Of a stretch of 64,000 nt of DNA, positions 1-15,599 are shown piece by piece. The stretch comes from Selaginella moellendorffii (lineage: Eukaryota; Plantae; Lycopodiophyta), in the NCBI RefSeq assembly GCF_000143415.4, contig NW_003314315.1:1301514-1365513 (forward strand), written 5' to 3'. The position numbers and the translations under genes were made by a program. Below the pieces are notes generated by a model. The model was not told the origin of the DNA. It ran no database searches and was given only the letters and a program-made list of their open reading frames with translations. Within the stretch, counting starts at the first letter, position 1; each line of letters begins with the position of its first letter.

Positions 1-630
1 CACTCACGCAGCTTGTCCTCCCACCCTGGAGCCAAGGTAAACAGGAGTTTATAGACATGTGTTGTTACGGAGGTTGTTCGCAAGTTGGGGGGATATGTTC
101 CCACATAGCGATGATATTGGACGAGGTGATTGTGAAGGTGGGGTTGAGGGGCATTCCAGCGTCTGTTGGGCAAACAATACTAGTTCCGTTTGACATGACG
201 CTCAAGGATGAGTTGTATGTCGAATACACTTTCGGGTTTTCGTCGGATCACATAAAGTACTTCGATCATTGCTGGACCGTGAAAAAAGACGAGCTGCTGG
301 AGTTTGTCACTGCATCAGAGGGGCCGACGAATATGTCCGCCTTGAGGCTATACGCCTGCATCAGATCCATCTCGCTGGGGCAGTGCTGGAGTCGAAAGCG
401 ATTGGCCAAGACCCAGTTCCGAATCGATACGCGGATTGTATCAGCTTCATTCTGGAAAATCGACGCATCAGGTCTTACACCCACATGAATGAGATCTGGG
501 AGGCGAAGAAGGCGGGAGTGATGTATGAGTCTCTATGTCCATTTTCACTTTTCCTCCACAGATGTGTACCAAGAGGCTTTCAGGATTGCAAGGATGCAGG
601 ACATATTCGACATGGATATCTATGACATTT
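1..630 (+). CDS. Probable 3' portion of an unidentified spliced gene running in from the window edge
   Basis: GT/AG-like sites (e.g. aag|gtaaac at ~37) and open frames 269-625 and 525-983. No family recognised and boundaries uncertain. Confidence 0.3.
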
Positions 631-645
631 CTTCTGTAAAAATGA

Positions 646-2331
646 ATGGGATTACTGAGGAGAGCAGCCAAGGCCAACAGGAAGATCGCCCTCGTACGCT
701 CCGGACACGAAGGGGAAGATGCACGTCTCCAACGCAGTTGCCTTGCATCTCGGCTCAAGCGCTGCGCCACCGCCGCCGATGTCGCGGAGCTCCACTCGGG
801 CTCGTCCTCAGACCTGCTGCCACACGATACTTTCGCGTGCAATGTGCTGGTCCAGATGTATGGAAAGTTTGGGAGGATGGAGGACGCCGCAGCGGTGTTC
901 CACGCAATCCGGAACAAGAACATCTTCTCGTGGAGCATTCTGCTGTCGGGTTGTGCCCAAAACGGGCATTTGGATGGGGCTAGGTGGGCATTTGATAATA
1001 TGCCATCCAGGAACGTCGTTGCGTGGGGCGCGCTGCTCCTTGCATTTATCCGCGCTGCACGTATGCGCGAAGCGGTCCAGACGTTTCATCGGATGCCACA
1101 GCACGACGTGGCATCGGTGGCTTCTGTCTTGACTGCGAATGCCCAGGCAGGGCATATTTTTGAAACAAAAGCTCTAATCGAGGCGATTCCTCCGGGTCAA
1201 GGCGACGTCGTTGTGTGGACGGCATTGATTGGATGTTACATTGCAGAGAACCGCATTGACGACGCCAAGCGCGTGTTTGATGGCATGGAGGAGAGGAGTG
1301 TGGTAACTTGGACCGCATTGTTCACAGGGTATGCCAACGAGGGACTCGTTGCGAATGCCAAGGTCATGTTTGACAGGATGCCCGAGCGGGACGTGGTGTC
1401 GTGGAACTCTATGGCTGCTGCGTTTGCGCAGAATGGCGACTTGCCACTTGCAAAGCAAGCTTTTGATAGTATTCCCGAGCAGAATGTGGTGTCCTGGAAC
1501 GCGATTGTCACAGCATATGCCGAGAACGGGCAGCTGCATGATGCTCTGGATCTCTTCCATAAAATGCCGGAGAGGAGAATGGTGTCGTGGAACGCTGTCG
1601 TTTCCGCGCACGCGAACTGCGGAGATGTGGAGTCGGCCAATATCTTGTTCGATCGCATGCCACAGTGGACGCTGCTTGCCTCCACCGCGATGATCGTTGC
1701 TTATGCGCACAAGAACCTTGTGGCAGAGGCGCGCCGGATCTTCCATTCTCTGGAGGCTCGCGACGTTGTGGCGTGGAACGCTATGATCTCTCTCTACGGC
1801 CAGAATGGGCTGGTGGAGGAAGCAAGCAGGGCATTCCGGCGCTTGCCAGTGAGCGAGCGCAACCTGGTCAGCTGGACGGCCATGGTGGCGGCATATGCCC
1901 AGAACGGGCATAGCAAGCAGGCCATGCAGACGTTCCAGCAGTTGGAGCTCGAGGGCGTGGAGGCGGACGAGATTTGCTTCAAGACAGTGTTGGGCTGCTG
2001 CAGCCACGCCGGCCAAGTCGACGTTGCATGCTACTGCTTCACGTCCATGGTGGGGGATCACGGCATTGCTCCGTCCAAGTGCCACTACTGGAGCATCCTG
2101 GACGCACTGGGCCGCTCGGGGAGGCTGGGAGAATGCGAGGAGCTCATGGGCAGCATGCCTTTCTCGCCGGACGAGGTGGCGAGAGGGAGCGCGCTGGCCG
2201 CTTGCAAGAACGACAGCGACATGGAGCGCGCCAATCGGATCGGCAACCAGCTGCTCGAGACCGATCCAGACAGCGCCCCGGCCTACGTCCTCATGGCAAA
2301 CCTCTTCTCCGCTGCAGTGGGGGCGAATTAG
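646..2331 (+). CDS. PLS-class pentatricopeptide repeat protein ending in an E domain (no DYW)
   Basis: Intronless 561 aa ORF with tandem PPR motifs (F.RMPER.VVSWNA...AYAQNG) and C-terminal CSHAG...D.LGRSG.L...APAYVLMANLF. Confidence 0.92.
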   Translation: MGLLRRAAKANRKIALVRSGHEGEDARLQRSCLASRLKRCATAADVAELHSGSSSDLLPHDTFACNVLVQMYGKFGRMEDAAAVFHAIRNKNIFSWSILLSGCAQNGHLDGARWAFDNMPSRNVVAWGALLLAFIRAARMREAVQTFHRMPQHDVASVASVLTANAQAGHIFETKALIEAIPPGQGDVVVWTALIGCYIAENRIDDAKRVFDGMEERSVVTWTALFTGYANEGLVANAKVMFDRMPERDVVSWNSMAAAFAQNGDLPLAKQAFDSIPEQNVVSWNAIVTAYAENGQLHDALDLFHKMPERRMVSWNAVVSAHANCGDVESANILFDRMPQWTLLASTAMIVAYAHKNLVAEARRIFHSLEARDVVAWNAMISLYGQNGLVEEASRAFRRLPVSERNLVSWTAMVAAYAQNGHSKQAMQTFQQLELEGVEADEICFKTVLGCCSHAGQVDVACYCFTSMVGDHGIAPSKCHYWSILDALGRSGRLGECEELMGSMPFSPDEVARGSALAACKNDSDMERANRIGNQLLETDPDSAPAYVLMANLFSAAVGAN

Positions 2332-2358
2332 GGTTCTTGAGGGGTTTTTGCGGGCACG

Positions 2359-3671
2359 ATGGGTGCGTGGCGGAGGTTGCTGGCGTCTGCTCTTGTCACT
2401 GGAAGGAGCCGCATTCTCAGTCCCCAGTCGCATCACTCTCGTCTCTTGGCGCCTCGGCTCGTGGATTTCTTCCCAGGCACGCCGGCAGCATTCCAGGTGT
2501 GGAATTTCCTCTTTCTTTTCCAAACGTGCGTGCTAGAATTTGTTTCTTGTCTCAGGGCTTTCAAGGCGTCCAAAGAAGAATGTCGACAACCACGGCAGCG
2601 TCATCGGCGGCGGATGCTACGTCTACTGCCGAGAAACCTTTGGCCGAGGGAGTAGAGGGGGAAGAAACCAAGCAAGCTAAGACCGAAGCACCAGTTTCTG
2701 GCGAGGCGAAAGTCGTTCGCCGCAACGTAAGTTTTTCTTTCGATGTACATTCCTCGTCTTTGCTTACTCTTTGTTCTTGGAGCAGCCAGTGTCGTGGCTA
2801 AGTTTCTTCCTTCTGGTAGCCACAGCCGCAGCATTGCTGTTCGTGTTTGAACGAGAGAAGAAGAAAGCGCTGGACGGTGAGTCAAGTGATTGCTGTGAGA
2901 CGCCAAGTGAGTGACGTTTCTTTTCTTTGGTGTTGTTTGCAGCGATCAGGAACAAGGAGATGGACGTAAAGTATGGCCCCTCGGTCGGGAAAGCAGCGAT
3001 TGGAGGCCCATTCAAGCTCGTCAACCACGAAGGCAAGACGGTGACAGAGAAAGATTTCCTGGGGAACTGGACGCTCATGTATTTCGGGTTTACATCATGC
3101 CCGGACATCTGTCCCGACGAACTGCAAAAGATGGTGCAAGCGATCGACGCTGTAGGTTGGTATTTTCAGCGCTCCAGGGACGTAGCTCTCTTCTCACGCG
3201 TTGCAATTTCTTCCTGGTTGTGCAGATAAAAAATCTGGCTTGAAGATTGCCCCGTTGTTTGTGTCTGTGGATCCAGAGCGCGACTCGGTGGAGCAGATGA
3301 AAGAATACGTGCAAGGTACCGCAGGTTATGTCTTTTGCTCTCATCCATTTGTGGCGTGCAGAGTTTCATCCCAGGCTAGTGGGATTAACCGGAGCTCCCG
3401 AAGATATCAAGCAGGTGGCGAAGTCGTTTCGGGTCTACTACATGAAGACTGGGGACGAAGGCGATGACTATCTGGTGGATCACTCCATCATAATGTGAGT
3501 GCTGCTTGCTAGTCTTCCAGCTGATTGTTTCCCCTCTGCTTGTCTACCAGGTATCTCATGGACCCGAAAATGGAGTTTGTGAAATTTTTTGGAAAGAACT
3601 ACACCGTGGACGAGCTGTCGCAGGGAATCATGGACGAGGTGAAGAATCATGGAAAGACGAAGCGGAGCTAA
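2359..3671 (+). CDS. SCO1: Mitochondrial cytochrome c oxidase copper chaperone SCO1/HCC1 (multi-exon)
   Basis: Exons encode a presequence, a TM segment ([18 protein letters not shown]), [27 protein letters not shown] (CxxxC), [22 protein letters not shown]. Stop TAA at 3669-3671. Confidence 0.93.
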
Positions 3672-3788
3672 ACCATGTCTAGGAAAGTTTTGGGCGTAGA
3701 AGAGATAAAAGAGTTCTAGTTCTTCCTCGGGGTGTTTTAAGGCTTAGTATAATGTGGAGAAGGAAAACCGAGGAGGGTTTGTAGCTCA

Positions 3789-5052
3789 ATGGCGGGCTTG
3801 TCAAGTCTCGGCCAGCGCAATTGGTTTGTGTGTGGAAGCTGCAGCGGTAGGAAGGATGGGTTTGGAGGGGCAGTGGCGGGCGGCAAGACGAAGAAGAGGC
3901 TTAGTTTGGGAAGTGAGCTCCTCCAGCCGCTTGTAGGAGGAAGTAGATGCTGCTTGTTCGCTGGGCAGAGCCTCTCACTCTCATCACCGCTGCTCTCCTC
4001 TACCAAGAAACGCGGTAGCAGAGGCGTAGTCACCATGGTCAGTAGTGATACTCCTTTCTCTCCTCTGAATTGACACACTCTCTCTTACAGGTGATTCCTT
4101 TTGTCCGAGGGGACGCGTCGGCACAGCCGCCCCCCGATCTCCCATCCTATCTCTTCCACAACAGGATTGTCTTTCTGGGCATGTCACTGGTTCCAGCAGT
4201 CACGGAGCTCATCATGGCGGAGTTCCTCTACTTGCAGTTCGTGGATCCCGAGAAACCAATCTACATGTACATCAACTCGACAGGCACTACCAAGGTATTT
4301 CGATGCCTCCTGTTATTCTTCACTCGTTTCCTTCGCTCGTCAGGATGGAGAGAAGTTGGGATATGAAACGGAGGCGCTGGCAATGTATGACACCATGCAG
4401 TAAGTGTCTCGCGTGATTGTCTCTGTCTGTTTTTTTCTCATGGTGCTTTTGGTCCCCAGGTACGTGAAGCCGCCGATATTCACTCTCTGCGTTGGGAATG
4501 CGTGGGGTGAGGCTGCGTTGCTTCTAGCCGCTGGAGCAAAAGGAAATCGATCTGCGCTGCCTTCGACCACCATCATGCTCAAAGAGGTCGCTTTTCTCTT
4601 CGTTTTTCTTTTTATTTCTGGAGGCACTGATTCCTTCCATTTGGATTGAGCATGGCAGCCTATTGCACAGTTTCGGGGGCAGGCCACTGACATCGATATT
4701 GCACGCAGAGAAGTTCGCAACTTGAAAAAAGACTTGGTACGTAAGAGGATGGATGGATATGTTTTTCTTTTTTTCTATCACGTGACTAACAAAGCCTTTG
4801 GGCTCCAGGTTGAGCTTTTAGAGAGGCATACAGGCCAACCTGCAGACAAGATCGAGGAGGACATCCGTCGTCCCAAGTACTTCAGCCCGGACGAGGCTGT
4901 TGATTATGGACTCATTGACAAGGTAAGGAGGCTTTTCTTGTGTCTTTTATACTTGATATGCTCGTGTGGATGAGCAGGTACTAAGAACTGAGAAAGGAGA
5001 GAAGTCCAAAGGTGTTGTAGATCAATTGCGACAAGCGCAGCTTCTCAAGTGA
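3789..5052 (+). CDS. CLPR4: Plastid Clp protease non-catalytic subunit ClpR4 (multi-exon)
   Basis: RGVVTM|VIPF..QPPPDLPSYLFHNRIVFLGMSLVP, YINSTGTTK, VKPPIFTLCVGNAWGEAALLLAAGAKGNRSALP, RPKYFSPDEAVDYGLIDK. Stop TGA at 5050-5052. Confidence 0.9.
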
Positions 5053-5101
5053 GCAATTTTATACAGTTTTTGACATGGTGCAGAGACAAGTATGTGCTAT
5101 A

Positions 5102-8724
<3,623 letters not shown>

Positions 8725-8780
8725 GGAGGGCCGAGGGCAAAAGCACACGGGCGGAGAGATGAGCGAGTGAGAGATCGAGG

Positions 8781-11361
8781 ATGGTACCCTCGGCCGTGGT
8801 CGTGCCCATTGTCACCGCTGCCGCTGCCGCCGGCGTCGCAGCCGATCGCCGCCATTTCTCCTCTCCTTGTTCGCCGCACAACTGGAAGAGGAGGAATCGC
8901 CCGCCCGGCGAGGACGATGGAGCGTCAGGCTGTGGCGCTGTGGACAGGGCTGCATTGCGCTGCTGGAGCTGGAGTGGCCATGGACTGGCAAGGTCTGGGA
9001 AGCTGTGGATCGTGAGAGCGGCGGATAGAAATGGTGGTGAAGCCGGTCAAAATGCTGAGGATGCCAGCGTGCGAGCAGCAGTCGACGAGGGTCAGAGGCT
9101 ACTGGCTTTGCAAAAGGAGCTTCTTGAACAGGCAGGCAAACCATTCTCCTCTTCTAAAGTTTGCTACATTGTTTGTATGCCAATCTCTCTCGCCAACTCC
9201 ACTGCTTTCTCGCAGGTCACCGAACGAAAGAAGCTCCTCAACACCTTGACGCAGGAGTTTGGTACCACGAAAGAGAAGGAAAACTCCAGTCCATTCGAGC
9301 CTAGCGATGGAGAAGTCAGTCCGGCAAGTGTACCTGGAATCGGTGCTTGGCCGCCGCAGTCAATGCGGCCTCCTCAATCAAGCCCGGCATCTTCACCTTC
9401 GGTACTTGTACCGGCAGAACCGCGGGTGGTTCGTCCCCCTGGCTCCGGCTTGGACGAGGCCAGAGCCGGCTCTGGATCACCCATCCAGAAGAAAGTTTTG
9501 GATGAGGCACCGCCACTGGCCGGAACCAATGTCATGAATGTGGTCATTGTGGCGTGCGAGTGCGCACCGTGGTCTAAGACCGGTAAGCTCGAGCTTTTCC
9601 TCGATCACCTGGATCGGCCGACTAACGCACGGATATACAGGTGGGCTTGGCGATGTCGTGGGGGCATTACCAAAGGCGTTGGCACGGAGGGGTCACCGTG
9701 TTATGGTCGGTATTCATCTCGACGGCCTTCCCGACTGACTTGTGCGTTCCATGGTTGCAGGCTGTCGCTCCTCGTTACAAGAATTACGTCGAAGCATGGG
9801 AGACGGGTGTGCGAAAGGTGTATAACGTAGCTGGACAGGTACGGTGTGACAATATTTCGCTGCTCATCACTCTTGTCGTAGACAAAATCTGATTTTTTCA
9901 GGACATGGAAGTTGGCTACTTTCATGCCTACATCGATGGTGTGGACTTTGTGTTTGTGGACTCCCCTATGTTCCATGGCTGGTGTCACGACATCTATGGC
10001 GGCTCCAGGGAGGTGAGCAGGATGTGAGTAGCAAACTGGAAAGACTCATGTTTTGCTGTTTATCTTTGTCAGGATGTACTGGCTCGCATGATTCTCCTGT
10101 GTAAAGCGGCTGTTGAGGTCAGTATAGCACTCGCAAACGTGGAGAGTACTAGTGGTGGTTTTTGCTTCTTGTAGATTCCGTGGCATGTCCCTTGCGGTGG
10201 CGTCTGCTACGGGGATGGGAACCTCGTGTTTATTGCAAACGACTGGCACACGGCTCTGCTGCCCGTTTACCTGCAGGCGTACTACCGTGACAATCAACTC
10301 ATGCAGTACACGCGCTCTGTCTTGGTCATTCACAACATTGCGCATCAGGTGCTTTTGTTTCTTTCCTAGCACATCCCTCGTAAACTTTGGTGTCCTGCAT
10401 TCAGGGACGTGGGCCTCTGAGTGACTTCGGAAAGCTTGGGCTGCCAGACCACTTCCGGGACAAGTTTGCTCTCTACGATCCAATCGGAGGGGAACACATG
10501 AACATCTTCATGGCGGGTATCCTCACGGCACACCGAGTGATTGCGGTGAGCCATGGCTACGCTTGGGAGTGCCAGACTCAGGAAGGCGGCTGGGGGCTGG
10601 ACAACGTGATGCGAGAGAACTCGTGGAAGCTCAAGGGCGTGGTTAACGGCATTGACGACTCGGAGTGGAACCCCGAGGTGGACAAGTGCCTCGTCGGCGA
10701 TGGCTACAAGCAGTACAGCAGCGCGAGCCTCGAGACTGGGAAAGCCGCTTGCAAGGCGGCGCTGCAAAAGGAGCTGGGACTCCCGGTGCGACCCGACGTG
10801 CCGCTGCTGGGATTCATCGGGAGGCTCGACTACCAGAAGGGCGTGGACATCATCGCCGAGGCGATACCGTGGATGATGGGCCACGACGTCCAGTTGGTGC
10901 TGCTGGGAACGGGCAGGCCCGACCTGGAGGAGCTGCTCCGTTCGTTTGAGGCCAAGCACCGGGACAAGGTGCGTGGATGGGTGGGATTCTCGGTTAAGAC
11001 TGCGCACCGGATCACTGCCGGCGTGGACATCCTGCTCATGCCATCGCGTTTCGAGCCGTGCGGCCTCAACCAGCTCTACGCCATGAGGTATGGCACGGTG
11101 CCCGTGGTGCATGCCGTCGGGGGACTCCGGGACACGGTGACGCCCTTTGATCCCTTCACGAACTCGGGGCTGGGCTGGACGTTTGATCGGGCGGAGGCGT
11201 CGGCCATGACGCATGCGATCGGGAATGCGATGTGGACGTACAAGGACTACAAGGAGAGCTGGAGGGGGATCCAGCTGAGGGGCATGAAGCAGGACTTGAG
11301 CTGGGATCACGCCGCGCAGCAGTACGAGGAGGTGCTGCTGGCCGCCAAGTTCCAGTGGTAG
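8781..11361 (+). CDS. SS2: Soluble starch synthase II (GT5), plastid (multi-exon)
   Basis: ECAPWSKT|[46 protein letters not shown] and the SSII-type terminus AAKFQW. Confidence 0.92.
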
Positions 11362-11753
11362 CACAAGGAAAAAAAAAAGCTGTACATCAGAAGGTTTGCT
11401 CACCTAGGGCTTTGGATTTCATTGAGATGCAGCACGAGGTGGACCAGCGGACGCTCTTTCTGGTAGGCAGTGCGAATGAAATCAGTGACTATCTGATGTA
11501 TCAGGTGAATGTCTTTATAATCAACACGGTGGAGCTCCTCAACAAGGTCTCGAGCGCCTGTGACACAAGGCTTAGTCATTTACACCAGTAAAAATCCTGG
11601 CGTTTCTTCTGCACTATGTTGATAAAAGTGATGTCAAACAGGAGGATCTTGCGAATGGACGCCACACTGGCACTGGTGGAGGCCAAATTGAAGAGCGTGA
11701 GCAATCCAGCAAACCAATAGAAATGTAAGAATTGCCAACCTCCCAAAACATGA

Positions 11754-13019
11754 TCATTTCTTGAGCACCCTGGCCATGGACGGTGTCAGTCCTGTGCAAA
11801 GAAGTTTTGCTAGACTGGTATTTACTTGTAGATATAGGCAGCTATGCCCAAGACGACGCAAAGCAGTATAACGTCAATGCAGAAGTTCCTTCCCGATCGG
11901 ATCTGTCAACTGAGGAATTGAGCAGAGTCACCAAAAGAACGAGGAGAAAGAGATTACCTTCGACACCACCTCTTTCATTCTCGCATTGTTCTTGGTCAGG
12001 TCCCCCGTTGCTTTATCAATCTGCGACAGTAGCCATCCAGGTCCAATTAGACATTGCGCTGGACATAGCAGCGTTTACCTTCTCTTCCATTTCGCCGACC
12101 ATGGGATCTTGCTTGTCGAGCTCCTGAGACAGGCGCATGCGGGTTCTGAGATGACACTAGTGGGTGCAGGGCGCAGCACAGAACCTCACTGATATCTTCC
12201 GCCATGTTTTTGAGCGTCGACAAGCCTTCTGAAATGATGTCGAGGTTTTGATCCTGGAGGTTCCAAAGTATACCAGAGGTACAAAGCACCATCCGAGACA
12301 ACAAAGGCTTAGGATACCTGCTTGTTCTTTCTGTGTTGAAACTCTTCCTGGTAGGCTGCTGACTCCGCCGTGTGTTCGTACCTCTCGGACCTGAAAGCTT
12401 CGTCTGCAGCTCCAGAGGTTAGAGTTGTCCGTATCGATCATAAGTATGTACCAGCGGCGGCAGAGTCGATCTTGATCTCAATGTGTGACTTGTCGATCTT
12501 CTTCTTCTTCTTGGCCCCCATCATGGTGCCTTCGGGGATGTCATCGATTCTGGCTGCCAGGGCAACAACAAGGTCTGGACGGGCGGCAAGATCCTCCGGA
12601 GATAGTGCTTTCACCTTGAGGAGAGCAAGACGGAGTGGGAATGGAGCAGAGAATGGTTGAGTTATTAGAGACGGTTGGGTTGTTCCACCTTCTTCTTGGC
12701 CAGCCTCTCGAGCTTCGGGATCTCTTCGCGCAGAGCTGCCTTGGTCCGTCGTATCTCTGCATTCATGGTGGCGACGGCGGCTCTGTTCTTTTCCTCGGCG
12801 GCCTCGTTCGCTTTCTGTGCGTGCAAGTCAGCGGAGGGTGGGAGGGCATAGCGAGCGCACCTTGACGGTAGCTTCGATCTCGGCCTCCATTGTGGTGTAG
12901 AGCTGCAAGAAGTGGTCATCCGGGTTGATGTTGAGGTCCTTGTGCTGCTTGGACGGATCATACTTGTCAAACTTCTTGCAGATGGCGTCCACCCGGACGA
13001 GCATGTCGATGATGCTCAT
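11754..13019 (-). CDS. SYP71: SYP7-family Qc-SNARE syntaxin (multi-exon)
   Basis: MSIIDMLVRVDAICKKFDKYD, EKNRAAVATMNAEIRRTKA, SNARE motif QDQNLDIISEGLSTLKNMA, IRSGRNFCIDVILLCVVLGIAAYIY..VLKK*. Confidence 0.88.
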
Positions 13020-13083
13020 GGCTTGTTAAAATGCGGAGGAGCCCTAACTCCTGGAGAATCTTTTTAGGGCTTTGCAGCGAGAG

Positions 13084-14007
13084 ATGGAGAAGAGCATACC
13101 GGAGAGGGTCCACGATCTCTACTACAGGTTCTTTCCTTCCGCCGATTGCCCCGTGACGGGCGCCCCTCCCGCGCCGCCGCCGCCGCCGCCGCCCTGCAGC
13201 AGCGCTGGACAGGGCCAGTGCCCCGCCTCCGGCAGAGGGGCTGCTTACAAGCATCCGCATGTGTACGACGTCTATGGGAGGCGGATCGACGAGGAGGCGA
13301 GGGGGGAGAGGGACGTGTGGAGGATGCCGCGGCACTTGTACTACGGCGGGCAATGGGAGGCGATGAATCCGGCCAACAGCATGCCCCTGCAGCCCAACCA
13401 GCGGCGAGCGCCGGGCCAGAAGGAGGAGCTGCCAACCTTCCGCCAGGTATCCAGCATCCCCAAGGCGGGCACGGACGAGACGTGGGTGTACCCGTCCCAG
13501 CAGATGTTCTACAACAGCCTGGTGAGGAAGAACAAAGCGGACGACGTGACGGAGAAGGACATGGCGGCTGTTGTGACCACGCACAACGCTGTCAACGAGG
13601 GCACCTGGGCGAGGCTGCTGCAGTGGGAGCAGGCGTATGGGCGCTTGTTCCCCGGGTCTTCCAAGGACGAGCCGCGGCTGCTCCACTTCAGAGGCCGCCC
13701 CCACGACCTGTCTCCAAAGGCGCGCTTGAAGAAGCTCCTTGGCTATGGCCAGCCGTTTGACCGCCACGACTGGACCGTGGACCGGGGCGGGCGGGAGATG
13801 AGGTATGTCATCGACTTTTACTACGACGATGCTGCGTCGGAGAGCAACCGGTGGCCGTTTTACATCGACGTGAGGCCCGCTCTCGACTCCCCGACTGCCC
13901 TGCTACTCCGAGCTCGAATGCTGCTGCACGACATGCTGGGCGCGGGCGACGCCGCCAGCAATCCAGTGCCCAGCAGGCACGCTGCTGCACAGGACAGCAA
14001 ACACTAG
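13084..14007 (+). CDS. HCCS: Holocytochrome-c synthase (cytochrome c/c1 heme lyase, System III), intronless
   Basis: N-terminal CP motifs (DCPV, QCPA), WVYPSQQMFYNSLVRK, HNAVNEGTW, FRGRPHDLSPKARL, PFDRHDWTVDR..RYVIDFY, IDVRPALDS. First ATG at 13084 (the ORF-track start at 13072 is TTG). Confidence 0.95.
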   Translation: MEKSIPERVHDLYYRFFPSADCPVTGAPPAPPPPPPPCSSAGQGQCPASGRGAAYKHPHVYDVYGRRIDEEARGERDVWRMPRHLYYGGQWEAMNPANSMPLQPNQRRAPGQKEELPTFRQVSSIPKAGTDETWVYPSQQMFYNSLVRKNKADDVTEKDMAAVVTTHNAVNEGTWARLLQWEQAYGRLFPGSSKDEPRLLHFRGRPHDLSPKARLKKLLGYGQPFDRHDWTVDRGGREMRYVIDFYYDDAASESNRWPFYIDVRPALDSPTALLLRARMLLHDMLGAGDAASNPVPSRHAAAQDSKH

Positions 14008-14116
14008 GACTTGTTTCGATCGAGCATCTCGTCTTCGGCTTGAATAAAACTCGCGGCTTTGAATTTCACATTGATGAAAGAGAATTTCAGAACTTAGGGT
14101 TGTTTGGAACTTGTTG

Positions 14117-15485
14117 ATGGACAAGCAGGAGATTCCACCGCCAGCGCCACCGACTCGTAAGGAGCCAGCTGCTGCTGCTGCTGCTCGGAAGCCCTCCTCC
14201 ATTTCAGCTCTTACGCCTTCCAATTGTGCTCCAGGTATCCGTTCCCTTGCATTAGAGTGCTCCATTCACTACGATTACGATCGCATGACAGGAAACAAGC
14301 ACAAGAAAGGGCCCAAAAGCCTGCTGAGCTTGTGCGTCGCTAGCATCGGCTGCTACCTAGACGACATTGTTGACGACTTGGACTTAATTGCACCGCTTCT
14401 TCCAGTGTCTGTCAAGGTGGGATTTTGCAAGTTTTCCCAAGCCATCAGTTGTGGAGTGTTGTGCTCCGTCAACCACAGTTGCAATTGGTGGCTATCGCGC
14501 GGAGGAGGGGATTGCTGTGTGACAGGCTTCTGGTTCCTCTGGCGGATACGGCATGGGAGATCCTGGATGTGTCCGGCTCCGATGTAACTGACACAGGCAT
14601 TCATCAGGCAGCAAAGATTTGCTCCAAGTTGAGAGCAGTCGACGTAAGGTAAGGAAGAGAGGCTTTCGAGAGAAAGACATACTCTTTTCTTCTTACACTC
14701 GCCTTCTCTTTCGTTTGCAAACGCAAATATGGCACACAGCCGCTGCAGCAGCCTTACGGCGGAGTCCATTAGAACGATCGTCGAGTGCTGCCCGGCTCTT
14801 GAAACTCTGAGATGTGGGTAAGCTTGCTTGCAGGCCTTTGGTTTTCATGAGCTGTTGGAAGCTGAACGCTACGTGATGTTGAGCAGCGGCACACACCTTA
14901 GCAATAGAGCTGCGAGGCTAGCACTCCCGTGCGTGCTGCCGGGCTTGAGAGTGCGCAACCAAGTTGAGGAGAGCTGGGAAGATTTGGATGCAGTGGCGGT
15001 TGGGAGTGGTGCGCAGGAGTTACGATGGATTGTGTGGGTAAGCTGGACCGTTTGAAGCTCGCGCTTGCCAGAGTTGATCGTCTTGTGTGCACTTCCAGCC
15101 TGCGATCGATGGCGAGTCGAGACAAACCGTGGAGCTCGAGTGCCCACGCGTTGTTGTCAACCCCGGGATGGCGTCGTCCAAGCATGCCTGTGTCCCCAGA
15201 GAAGCTCTACCAAGCACTGTCTTAGACGAGCAGCTCGTGGAAGACATATCTCCATCGGCATGGGAGGTGAGATGCAGCCCGAGCCAAGCCGCTGCTCTAG
15301 GCTTGGGCGAGATCTCTATCTCCAAGGCCGAGCTCTTCAGGATGGCATTTGCCGCAAGGGACGAGCGCTTGGCACCCAAGAGAGCCAAGAACTGGAGGCA
15401 GAAGGAGCGGCGGGAGCGCAAGCTGTGGGTCAGCTCTAGCCTTGAGCTCCGAGCTCGCCATTTAGCAGACACTCACGCAATGTAA
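14117..15485 (+). CDS. RNI-like/LRR (AMN1-like) plant protein (multi-exon)
   Basis: PKSLLSLCVASIG, LVAIARRRGLLCD..WEILDVSGSDVTDTGI, LRAVDV/RCSSLT..CCPALETLRCG, VEESWEDLD..LRWIVW. GT-AG introns join the frames. Confidence 0.7.
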
Positions 15486-15599
15486 TGTGGAAATATAATG
15501 CTCCTCTGTATTAGGTATCTTACCGTGCGCAAAGTCAGAGTTGTGTCCTAGGGCAAGGGCATCGATCGCGTCCGATGGCTCCACGATGGGTAAGCCACC

